Origin: the human T2T-CHM13v2.0 reference genome, Homo sapiens
NCBI RefSeq assembly: GCF_009914755.1
Contig: NC_060944.1
DNA length: 64,000 nucleotides
Reading direction: 5' to 3' (one strand)
The notes beneath the pieces are model-generated. The model was not told where the DNA came from and ran no database searches. It saw only the letters and a list, made by a program, of their open reading frames with translations. A program made the translations under genes and the position numbers. Positions 1-11,700 of the stretch are shown here, piece by piece (within the stretch, counting starts at the first letter, position 1; each line of letters opens with the position of its first letter).

Positions 1-171
1 CTACGGTGAAAAAGGAGATATCTTCCAATAAAAACTAGATAGAAGCAATGTCAGAACTTTTTTCATGATGTATCTACTCAGCAAACAGAGTTGAACCTTT
101 CTTTTGAGAGAGCAGTTTTGAAACACTCTTTTTGTGGAATATGCAAGTGGGTATTAGGCCAGCTTGGAGGA

Positions 172-188
172 TTTCGTTGGAAACGGGA
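172..188 (+). promoter_or_regulatory. CENP-B box (TTTCGTTGGAAACGGGA). Boxes matching the core in U1 are at 172, 852, 1193, 1531, 1873, 2211 and 2549 (7 per HOR)
   Basis: All match the established 17-bp core NTTCGNNNNANNCGGGN. The boxes at 852 (ends GGGT) and 1531 (TTTCGTTGCAAACGGGA) differ only at non-essential positions. Confidence 0.95.
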
Positions 189-509
189 ATACGTATAAAA
201 AGCAGACAGCAGCATTGTCAGAAACTACTTTGTGATGTTTGCATTCAAGTCACAGAATTGAACACTCCCTTTCACAGAGCAGGTTTGAAACACTCTTTTT
301 GTAGTGTCTGTAAGTGAACATTTGGATTGCTTTCAGGCCTAAGGTGAAAAAGGAAATATCTTCCCATAAAAACTAGACAGAAGCATTCTCAGAAACTTGT
401 TTGTGATGTGTGCCCTCTACTGACAGAGTTGAACCTTTCTTTGCAAAGAGCAGTTTTGAAACACTCTTTTTGTAGAATCTGCAAGAGGATATTTGGATAG
501 CTTTGAGGA

Positions 510-526
510 TTTCTTGGGAAACGGGA
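510..526 (+). promoter_or_regulatory. Degenerate CENP-B box site (TTTCTTGGGAAACGGGA), present in every complete HOR copy
   Basis: It sits at the box position but reads TTCT instead of the essential TTCG, so it is predicted not to bind. Confidence 0.88.
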
Positions 527-2377
527 ATGTCTTCAGATAAACTCTAGACAGAAGCATTCTCAGAAACTTCTTTGGGATGTTTCAATTGAAGTCACAGTGT
601 TGAACATTCCCTTTCACAGAGCAGGTTTGAAACACTCTTTTTGTAGTGTCTATAAGTGAACATTTGGCGTGCTTTCAGGCCTAACGTGAAAAAGGAAATA
701 TCTTCCCATAAAAACTAGACAGAAGCATTCTCAGAAACTTGTTCTTGATGTGTGCCCTCTACTGACAGAGTTGAACCTTTCTTTGCAAAGAGCAGCTTTG
801 AAACACTCTTTTTGTAGAATCTGCAAGAGGATATTTGGATAGCTTGGAGGATTTCGTTGGAAACGGGTATGTCTTCAGATAAACTCTAGACAGAAGCATT
901 CTCAGAAACTTCTTTGGGATGTTGCATTCAAGTCACAGAGTAGAACATTCCCATTCATAGAGCAGATTTGAAACACTCTTTTTGTAGTATCTGGAAGTGG
1001 ACATTTGGAGCGCTTTCAGGCCTATGTTGAAAAAGGAAATATCTTCCCATAAAAACTAGACGGAAGCATTCTCAGAAACTTATTTGTGATGTGTTTGCTC
1101 AACTAACAGGATTGAACCATCGTTTTGAAGGAGCAGTTTTGAAACACTGTTTTCGTGGAATCTGCAAGTGGATATTTGGCTAGCTTTGAGGATTTCGTTG
1201 GAAACGGGATTACATATAAAAAGGAGACAGCAGCATTCTCAGAAACTTCTTTGTGATGTCTGCATTCAATTCACAGAGTTGAGCATTCCCTTTCATAGAG
1301 CAGGTTGGAAACACTCTTTTTGTAGTATCTGGATGAGGACATTTGGAGCGCTTTCAGGCGTATGGTGAAAAAGGAAATATCTTCCCGTAAAAACTAGACA
1401 GAAGCATTCTCAGAAGTTTATTTGTGATGTGTGCCCTCAACTAACAGAGTTGAACCTTTCTTTTGATAGAGCAGTTTTGAAACACTCTTTTTGTAAAATC
1501 TGCAAGAGGATATTTGGATAGCTTTGAGGATTTCGTTGCAAACGGGAATGGCTTCATATAAACTCTAGACAGAAGCATTCTCAGAAACTTCGTTGGGATG
1601 TTTCGATTGAAGTCCCAGTGTTGAACATTCCCTTTTATAGAGCAGGTTGGAAACACTCTTTCTGCATTCCCTGGAAGTGGACATTTGGAGCGCTTTCAGG
1701 ACGACGGTGAAAATGGAAATATCTTCCAAGAAAATCTAGATAGAAGCAACGTCAGAAACTTTTATGTGATGGATCTACTCAGCTAACAGAGTTGAACCTT
1801 TCTTTTGAGAGAGCAGTTTTGCAACACTCTTTTTGTGGAATATGCAAGTGGATATTAGGGCAGCTTTGAGGATTTCGTTGGAAACGGGAATACATGTAAA
1901 AAGCAGACAGCAGCATTCTCAGAAACTTCTTTGTGATGTTTGCATTGAAGTCACAGAGTTGAACATTCCCTTTGAGAGAGCAGGTTTGAAACACGCCTTT
2001 TGTCATATCTGGAAGTGTCCATTCGGAGCGCATTCAGGCTTGTGTTGAAAAAGGAAATATCCTCCCATAAAAACTAGACAGAAGCATTCTCAGAAACTTA
2101 TCTGTGATGTATGTACTCAACTAACAGAACTAAACCATCGTTTTGAAGGAGCAGTTTTGAAACACTCTTTTTGCGGAATCTGCAAGTGGATATTTGGCTA
2201 GCTGGGAGGATTTCGTTGGAAACGGGATTACATACAAAAAGCAGAGAGCAGCATTCTCAGAAACTTCTTTGTGATGTTTGCATTCAAGTCACAGAGTTGA
2301 ACATTCCCTTTCATAGAGCAGGTTTGAAACACTCTTTTTGTAGTATCTGGATGTGGACATTTGGATCGCTTTCAGGC

Positions 2378-2394
2378 CTATGGTGAAAAAGGAA
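2378..2394 (+). promoter_or_regulatory. pJalpha box of A-type monomers (CTATGGTGAAAAAGGAA); variants occupy the same position in each alternate monomer
   Basis: Matches the recalled pJalpha motif CTAYGGTGRAAAAGGAA. It alternates with CENP-B-box monomers, e.g. the variant CTACGGTGAAAAAGGAG at 1-17. Confidence 0.75.
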
Positions 2395-2719
2395 ATATCT
2401 TCCCATGAAGACTAGACAGAAGCATTCTCAGAAACTTATTTGTGATGTGTGCCCTCAACTGACAGTGTTGAACCTTTGTTTTGATAGAGCAGTTCTGAAA
2501 CACACTTTTTGTGAAATCTGCAAGAGGATATTTGGATAGCTTTGAGGATTTCGTTGGAAACGGGAATGTCTTCATGTAAACTCTAGACAGAAGCATTCTC
2601 AGAAACTGCTTTGGGATGTTTCAATTGAAGTCCCAGTGTTGAACATTCCCTTTCATAGAGCAGGTTTGAAACACTCTTTTTGTACTATCTGGAAGTGGAC
2701 ATTTGGAGCGCTTTCAGGT

Positions 2720-5700
2720 CTACGGTGAAAAAGGAGATATCTTCCAATAAAAACTAGATAGAAGCAATGTCAGAACTTTTTTCATGATGTATCTACTCAG
2801 CAAACAGAGTTGAACCTTTCTTTTGAGAGAGCAGTTTTGAAACACTCTTTTTGTGGAATATGCAAGTGGGTATTAGGCCAGCTTGGAGGATTTCGTTGGA
2901 AACGGGAATACGTATAAAAAGCAGACAGCAGCATTGTCAGAAACTACTTTGTGATGTTTGCATTCAAGTCACAGAATTGAACACTCCCTTTCACAGAGCA
3001 GGTTTGAAACACTCTTTTTGTAGTGTCTGTAAGTGAACATTTGGATTGCTTTCAGGCCTAAGGTGAAAAAGGAAATATCTTCCCATAAAAACTAGACAGA
3101 AGCATTCTCAGAAACTTGTTTGTGATGTGTGCCCTCTACTGACAGAGTTGAACCTTTCTTTGCAAAGAGCAGTTTTGAAACACTCTTTTTGTAGAATCTG
3201 CAAGAGGATATTTGGATAGCTTTGAGGATTTCTTGGGAAACGGGAATGTCTTCAGATAAACTCTAGACAGAAGCATTCTCAGAAACTTCTTTGGGATGTT
3301 TCAATTGAAGTCACAGTGTTGAACATTCCCTTTCACAGAGCAGGTTTGAAACACTCTTTTTGTAGTGTCTATAAGTGAACATTTGGCGTGCTTTCAGGCC
3401 TAACGTGAAAAAGGAAATATCTTCCCATAAAAACTAGACAGAAGCATTCTCAGAAACTTGTTCTTGATGTGTGCCCTCTACTGACAGAGTTGAACCTTTC
3501 TTTGCAAAGAGCAGTTTTGAAACACTCTTTTTGTAGAATCTGCAAGAGGATATTTGGATAGCTTTGAGGATTTCTTGGGAAACGGGAATGTCTTCAGATA
3601 AACTCTAGACAGAAGCATTCTCAGAAAGTACTTTGGGATGTTTCAATTGATGTCACAGTGTTGAACATTCCCTTTCACAGAGCAGGTTTGAAACACTCTT
3701 TTTGTAGTGTCTATAAGTGAACATTTGGCGTGCTTTCAGGCCTAACGTGAAAAAGGAAATATCTTCCCATAAAAACTAGACAGAAGCATTCTCAGAAACT
3801 TGTTCTTGATGTGTCCCCTCTACTGACAGAGTTGAACCTTTCTTTGCAAAGAGCAGCTTTGAAACACTCTTTTTGTAGAATCTGCAAGAGGATATTTGGA
3901 TAGCTTGGAGGATTTCGTTGGAAACGGGTATGTCTTCAGATAAACTCTAGACAGAAGCATTCTCAGAAACTTCTTTGGGATGTTGCATTCAAGTCACAGA
4001 GTAGAACATTCCCATTCATAGAGCAGATTTGAAACACTCTTTTTGTAGTATCTGGAAGTGGACATTTGGAGCGCTTTCAGGCCTATGTTGAAAAAGGAAA
4101 TATCTTCCCATAAAAACTAGACGGAAGCATTCTCAGAAACTTATTTGTGATGTGTTTGCTCAACTAACAGGATTGAACCATCGTTTTGAAGGAGCAGTTT
4201 TGAAACACTGTTTTCGTGGAATCTGCAAGTGGATATTTGGCTAGCTTTGAGGATTTCGTTGGAAACGGGATTACATATAAAAAGGAGACAGCAGCATTCT
4301 CAGAAACTTCTTTGTGATGTCTGCATTCAATTCACAGAGTTGAGCATTCCCTTTCATAGAGCAGGTTGGAAACACTCTTTTTGTAGTATCTGGATGAGGA
4401 CATTTGGAGCGCTTTCAGGCGTATGGTGAAAAAGGAAATATCTTCCCGTAAAAACTAGACAGAAGAATTCTCAGAAGTTTATTTGTGATGTGTGCCCTCA
4501 ACTAACAGAGTTGAACCTTTCTTTTGATAGAGCAGTTTTGAAACACTCTTTTTGTAAAATCTGCAAGAGGATATTTGGATAGCTTTGAGGATTTCGTTGC
4601 AAACGGGAATGGCTTCATATAAACTCTAGACAGAAGCATTCTCAGAAACTTCTTTGTGATGTCTGCATTCAATTCACAGAGTTGAGCATTCCCTTTCATA
4701 GAGCAGGTTGGAAACACTCTTTCTGCATTCCCTGGAAGTGGACATTTGGAGCGCTTTCAGGACGACGGTGAAAATGGAAATATCTTCCAAGAAAATCTAG
4801 ATAGAAGCAACGTCAGAAACTTTTATGTGATGGATCTACTCAGCTAACAGAGTTGAACCTTTCTTTTGAGAGAGCAGTTTTGCAACACTCTTTTTGTGGA
4901 ATATGCAAGTGGATATTAGGGCAGCTTTGAGGATTTCGTTGGAAACGGGAATACATGTAAAAAGCAGACAGCAGCATTCTCAGAAACTTCTTTGTGATGT
5001 TTGCATTGAAGTCACAGAGTTGAACATTCCCTTTGAGAGAGCAGGTTTGAAACACGCCTTTTGTCATATCTGGAAGTGTCCATTCGGAGCGCATTCAGGC
5101 TTGTGTTGAAAAAGGAAATATCCTCCCATAAAAACTAGACAGAAGCATTCTCAGAAACTTATCTGTGATGTATGTACTCAACTAACAGAACTAAACCATC
5201 GTTTTGAAGGAGCAGTTTTGAAACACTCTTTTTGCGGAATCTGCAAGTGGATATTTGGCTAGCTGGGAGGATTTCGTTGGAAACGGGATTACATACAAAA
5301 AGCAGAGAGCAGCATTCTCAGAAACTTCTTTGTGATGTTTGCATTCAAGTCACAGAGTTGAACATTCCCTTTCATAGAGCAGGTTTGAAACACTCTTTTT
5401 GTAGTATCTGGATGTGGACATTTGGATCGCTTTCAGGCCTATGGTGAAAAAGGAAATATCTTCCCATGAAAACTAGACAGAAGCATTCTCAGAAACTTAT
5501 TTGTGATGTGTGCCCTCAACTGACAGTGTTGAACCTTTGTTTTGATAGAGCAGTTCTGAAACACACTTTTTGTAAAATCTGCAAGAGGATATTTGGATAG
5601 CTTTGAGGATTTCGTTGGAAACGGGAATGTCTTCATGTAAACTCTAGACAGAAGCATTCTCAGAAACTGCTTTGGGATGTTTCAATTGAAGTCCCAGTGT

Positions 5701-5780
5701 TGAACATTCCCATTCATAGAGCAGGTTTGAAACACTCTTTTTGTACTATCTGGAAGTGGACATTTGGAGCGCTTTCAGGT
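2720..5780 (+). repeat. 18-monomer HOR variant U2 (3061 bp) with an extra dimer (~3465-3806) and a converted monomer (4653-4697)
   Basis: Spacing is 2719+342. Two consecutive degenerate boxes at 3229 and 3571. The ORF translation at 4502-4717 differs from other copies. Confidence 0.93.
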
Positions 5781-8700
5781 CTACGGTGAAAAAGGAGATA
5801 TCTTCCAATAAAAACTAGATAGAAGCAATGTCAGAACTTTTTTCATGATGTATCTACTCAGCAAACAGAGTTGAACCTTTCTTTTGAGAGAGCAGTTTTG
5901 AAACACTCTTTTTGTGGAATATGCAAGTGGGTATTAGGCCAGCTTGGAGGATTTCGTTGGAAACGGGAATACGTATAAAAAGCAGACAGCAGCATTGTCA
6001 GAAACTACTTTGTGATGTTTGCATTCAAGTCACAGAATTGAACACTCCCTTTCACAGAGCAGGTTTGAAACACTCTTTTTGTAGTGTCTGTAAGTGAACA
6101 TTTGGATTGCTTTCAGGCCTAAGGTGAAAAAGGAAATATCTTCCCATAAAAACTAGACAGAAGCATTCTCAGAAACTTGTTTGTGATGTGTGCCCTCTAC
6201 TGACAGAGTTGAACCTTTCTTTGCAAAGAGCAGTTTTGAAACACTCTTTTTGTAGAATCTGCAAGAGGATATTTGGATAGCTTTGAGGATTTCTTGGGAA
6301 ACGGGAATGTCTTCAGATAAACTCTAGACAGAAGCATTCTCAGAAAGTTCTTTGGGATGTTTCAATTGAAGTCACAGTGTTGAACATTCCCTTTCACAGA
6401 GCAGGTTTGAAACACTCTTTTTGTAGTGTCTATAAGTGAACATTTGGCGTGCTTTCAGGCCTAACGTGAAAAAGGAAATATCTTCCCATAAAAACTAGAC
6501 AGAAGCATTCTCAGAAACTTGTTCGTGATGTGTGCCCTCTACTGACAGAGTTGAACCTTTCTTTGCAAAGAGCAGCTTTGAAACACACTTTTTGTAGAAT
6601 CTGCAAGAGGATATTTGGATAGCTTGGAGGATTTCGTTGGAAACGGGTATGTCTTCAGATAAACTCTAGACAGAAGCATTCTCAGAAACTTCTTTGGGAT
6701 GTTGCATTCAAGTCACAGAGTAGAACATTCCCATTCATAGAGCAGATTTGAAACACTCTTTTTGTAGTATCTGGAAGTGGACATTTGGAGCGCTTTCAGG
6801 CCTATGTTGAAAAAGGAAATATCTTCCCATAAAAACTAGACGGAAGCATTCTCAGAAACTTATTTGTGATGTGTTTGCTCAACTAACAGGATTGAACCAT
6901 CGTTTTGAAGGAGCAGTTTTGAAACACTGTTTTCGTGGAATCTGCAAGTGGATATTTGGCTAGCTTTGAGGATTTCGTTGGAAACGGGATTACATATAAA
7001 AAGGAGACAGCAGCATTCTCAGAAACTTCTTTGTGATGTCTGCATTCAAGTCACAGAGTTGAGCATTCCCTTTCATAGAGCAGGTTGGAAACACTCTTTT
7101 TGTAGTATCTGGATGAGGACATTTGGAGCGCTTTCAGGCGTATGGTGAAAAAGGAAATATCTTCCCGTAAAAACTAGACAGAAGCATTCTCAGAAGTTTA
7201 TTTGTGATGTGTGCCCTCAACTAACAGAGTTGAACCTTTCTTTTGATAGAGCAGTTTTGAAACACTCTTTTTGTAAAATCTGCAAGAGGATATTTGGATA
7301 GCTTTGAGGATTTCGTTGCAAACGGGAATGGCTTCATATAAACTCTAGACAGAAGCATTCTCAGAAACTTCGTTGGGATGTTTCGATTGAAGTCCCAGTG
7401 TTGAACATTCCCTTTTATAGAGCAGGTTGGAAACACTCTTTCTGCATTCCCTGGAAGTGGACATTTGGAGCGCTTTCAGGACGACGGTGAAAATGGAAAT
7501 ATCTTCCAAGAAAATCTAGATAGAAGCAACGTCAGAAACTTTTATGTGATGGATCTACTCAGCTAACAGAGTTGAACCTTTCTTTTGAGAGAGCAGTTTT
7601 GCAACACTCTTTTTGTGGAATATGCAAGTGGATATTAGGGCAGCTTTGAGGATTTCGTTGGAAACGGGAATACATGTAAAAAGCAGACAGCAGCATTCTC
7701 AGAAACTTCTTTGTGATGTTTGCATTGAAGTCACAGAGTTGAACATTCCCTTTGAGAGAGCAGGTTTGAAACACGCCTTTTGTCATATCTGGAAGTGTCC
7801 ATTCGGAGCGCATTCAGGCTTGTGTTGAAAAAGGAAATATCCTCCCATAAAAACTAGACAGAAGCATTCTCAGAAACTTATCTGTGATGTATGTACTCAA
7901 CTAACAGAACTAAACCATCGTTTTGAAGGAGCAGTTTTGAAACACTCTTTTTGCGGAATCTGCAAGTGGATATTTGGCTAGCTGGGAGGATTTCGTTGGA
8001 AACGGGATTACATACAAAAAGCAGAGAGCAGCATTCTCAGAAACTTCTTTGTGATGTTTGCATTCAAGTCACAGAGTTGAACATTCCCTTTCATAGAGCA
8101 GGTTTGAAACACTCTTTTTGTAGTATCTGGATGTGGACATTTGGATCGCTTTCAGGCCTATGGTGAAAAAGGAAATATCTTCCCATGAAAACTAGACAGA
8201 AGCATTCTCAGAAACTTATTTGTGATGTGTGCCCTCAACTGACAGTGTTGAACCTTTGTTTTGATAGAGCAGTTCTGAAACACACTTTTTGTAAAATCTG
8301 CAAGAGGATATTTGGATAGCTTTGAGGATTTCGTTGGAAACGGGAATGTCTTCATGTAAACTCTAGACAGAAGCATTCTCAGAAACTGCTTTGGGATGTT
8401 TCAATTGAAGTCCCAGTGTTGAACATTCCCATTCATAGAGCAGGTTTGAAACACTCTTTTTGTACTATCTGGAAGTGGACATTTGGAGCGCTTTCAGGTC
8501 TACGGTGAAAAAGGAGATATCTTCCAATAAAAACTAGATAGAAGCAATGTCAGAACTTTTTTCATGATGTATCTACTCAGCAAACAGAGTTGAACCTTTC
8601 TTTTGAGAGAGCAGTTTTGAAACACTCTTTTTGTGGAATATGCAAGTGGGTATTAGGCCAGCTTGGAGGATTTCGTTGGAAACGGGAATACGTATAAAAA

Positions 8701-11700
8701 GCAGACAGCAGCATTGTCAGAAACTACTTTGTGATGTTTGCATTCAAGTCACAGAATTGAACACTCCCTTTCACAGAGCAGGTTTGAAACACTCTTTTTG
8801 TAGTGTCTGTAAGTGAACATTTGGATTGCTTTCAGGCCTAAGGTGAAAAAGGAAATATCTTCCCATAAAAACTAGACAGAAGCATTCTCAGAAACTTGTT
8901 TGTGATGTGTGCCCTCTACTGACAGAGTTGAAACTTTCTTTGCAAAGAGCAGTTTTGAAACACTCTTTTTGTAGAATCTGCAAGAGGATATTTGGATAGC
9001 TTTGAGGATTTCTTGGGAAACGGGAATGTCTTCAGATAAACTCTAGACAGAAGCATTCTCAGAAAGTTCTTTGGGATGTTTCAATTGAAGTCACAGTGTT
9101 GAACATTCCCTTTCACAGAGCAGGTTTGAAACACTCTTTTTGTAGTGTCTATAAGTGAACATTTGGCGTGCTTTCAGGCCTAACGTGAAAAAGGAAATAT
9201 CTTCCCATAAAAACTAGACAGAAGCATTCTGAGAAACTTGTTCGTGATGTGTGCCCTCTACTGACAGAGTTGAACCTTTCTTTGCAAAGAGCAGCTTTGA
9301 AACACACTTTTTGTAGAATCTGCAAGAGGATATTTGGATAGCTTGGAGGATTTCGTTGGAAACGGGTATGTCTTCAGATAAACTCTAGACAGAAGCATTC
9401 TCAGAAACTTCTTTGGGATGTTGCATTCAAGTCACAGAGTAGAACATTCCCATTCATAGAGCAGATTTGAAACACTCTTTTTGTAGTATCTGGAAGTGGA
9501 CATTTGGAGCGCTTTCAGGCCTATGTTGAAAAAGGAAATATCTTCCCATAAAAACTAGACGGAAGCATTCTCAGAAACTTATTTGTGATGTGTTTGCTCA
9601 ACTAACAGGATTGAACCATCGTTTTGAAGGAGCAGTTTTGAAACACTGTTTTCGTGGAATCTGCAAGTGGATATTTGGCTAGCTTTGAGGATTTCGTTGG
9701 AAACGGGATTACATATAAAAAGGAGACAGCAGCATTCTCAGAAACTTCTTTGTGATGTCTGCATTCAAGTCACAGAGTTGAGCATTCCCTTTCATAGAGC
9801 AGGTTGGAAACACTCTTTTTGTAGTATCTGGATGAGGACATTTGGAGCGCTTTCAGGCGTATGGTGAAAAAGGAAATATCTTCCCGTAAAAACTAGACAG
9901 AAGCCTTCTCAGAAGTTTATTTGTGATGTGTGCCCTCAACTAACAGAGTTGAACCTTTCTTTTGATAGAGCAGTTTTGAAACACTCTTTTTGTAAAATCT
10001 GCAAGAGGATATTTGGATAGCTTTGAGGATTTCGTTGCAAACGGGAATGGCTTCATATAAACTCTAGACAGAAGCATTCTCAGAAACTTCGTTGGGATGT
10101 TTCGATTGAAGTCCCAGTGTTGAACATTCCCTTTTATAGAGCAGGTTGGAAACACTCTTTCTGCATTCCCTGGAAGTGGACATTTGGAGCGCTTTCAGGA
10201 CGACGGTGAAAATGGAAATATCTTCCAAGAAAATCTAGATGGAAGCAATGTCAGAAACTTTTATGTGATGGATCTACTCAGCTAACAGAGTTGAACCTTT
10301 CTTTTGAGAGAGCAGTTTTGCAACACTCTTTTTGTGGAATATGCAAGTGGATATTAGGGCAGCTTTGAGGATTTCGTTGGAAACGGGAATACATGTAAAA
10401 AGCAGACAGCAGCATTCTCAGAAACTTCTTTGTGATGTTTGCATTGAAGTCACAGAGTTGAACATTCCCTTTGAGAGAGCAGGTTTGAAACACGCCTTTT
10501 GTCATATCTGGAAGTGTCCATTCGGAGCGCATTCAGGCTTGTGTTGAAAAAGGAAATATCCTCCCATAAAAACTAGACAGAAGCATTCTCAGAAACTTAT
10601 CTGTGATGTATGTACTCAACTAACAGAACTAAACCATCGTTTTGAAGGAGCAGTTTTGAAACACTCTTTTTGCGGAATCTGCAAGTGGATATTTGGCTAG
10701 CTGGGAGGATTTCGTTGGAAACGGGATTACATACAAAAAGCAGAGAGCAGCATTCTCAGAAACTTCTTTGTGATGTTTGCATTCAAGTCACAGAGTTGAA
10801 CATTCCCTTTCATAGAGCAGGTTTGAAACACTCTTTTTGTAGTATCTGGATGTGGACATTTGGATCGCTTTCAGGCCTATGGTGAAAAAGGAAATATCTT
10901 CCCATGAAAACTAGACAGAAGCATTCTCAGAAACTTATTTGTGATGTGTGCCCTCAACTGACAGTGTTGAACCTTTGTTTTGATAGAGCAGTTCTGAAAC
11001 ACACTTTTTGTAAAATCTGCAAGAGGATATTTGGATAGCTTTGAGGATTTCGTTGGAAACGGGAATGTCTTCATGTAAACTCTAGACAGAAGCATTCTCA
11101 GAAACTGCTTTGGGATGTTTCAATTGAAGTCCCAGTGTTGAACATTCCCATTCATAGAGCAGGTTTGAAACACTCTTTTTGTACTATCTGGAAGTGGACA
11201 TTTGGAGCGCTTTCAGGTCTACGGTGAAAAAGGAGATATCTTCCAATAAAAACTAGATAGAAGCAATGTCAGAACTTTTTTCATGATGTATCTACTCAGC
11301 AAACAGAGTTGAACCTTTCTTTTGAGAGAGCAGTTTTGAAACACTCTTTTTGTGGAATATGCAAGTGGGTATTAGGCCAGCTTGGAGGATTTCGTTGGAA
11401 ACGGGAATACGTATAAAAAGCAGACAGCAGCATTGTCAGAAACTACTTTGTGATGTTTGCATTCAAGTCACAGAATTGAACACTCCCTTTCACAGAGCAG
11501 GTTTGAAACACTCTTTTTGTAGTGTCTGTAAGTGAACATTTGGATTGCTTTCAGGCCTAAGGTGAAAAAGGAAATATCTTCCCATAAAAACTAGACAGAA
11601 GCATTCTCAGAAACTTGTTTGTGATGTGTGCCCTCTACTGACAGAGTTGAACCTTTCTTTGCAAAGAGCAGTTTTGAAACACTCTTTTTGTAGAATCTGC

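Larger units (their letters stand above)
1..2719 (+). repeat. Canonical 16-monomer HOR unit U1 (representative). Other 16-mers start at 5781, 8500, 11219, 13938, 16656, 19375, 22094, 24813, 30593, 36373, 39092, 41811, 46907, 49626, 52345, 55064, 57783
   Basis: The unit-start marker CTACGGTGAAAAAGGAGATATC recurs at these positions. Box-site spacings within a unit are 338+342+341+338+342+338+338+342 = 2719. The unit phase is arbitrary. Confidence 0.95.

Noticed and set aside
852-1547. Variant boxes at 852 (…CGGGT) and 1531 (…TTGCAAA…) as CENP-B box losses
   Set aside because: The changes lie outside the nine essential positions of NTTCGNNNNANNCGGGN.
1-2719. Assignment to chr17 D17Z1 or chr7 D7Z2, which are also ~2.7-kb 16-mers
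   Set aside because: From established knowledge, D17Z1 is pentameric SF3 and D7Z2 is an SF5 array without regular CENP-B boxes. Here box sites occur strictly in every second monomer and the monomers look D1/D2-like. Alignment to HOR models would settle it.
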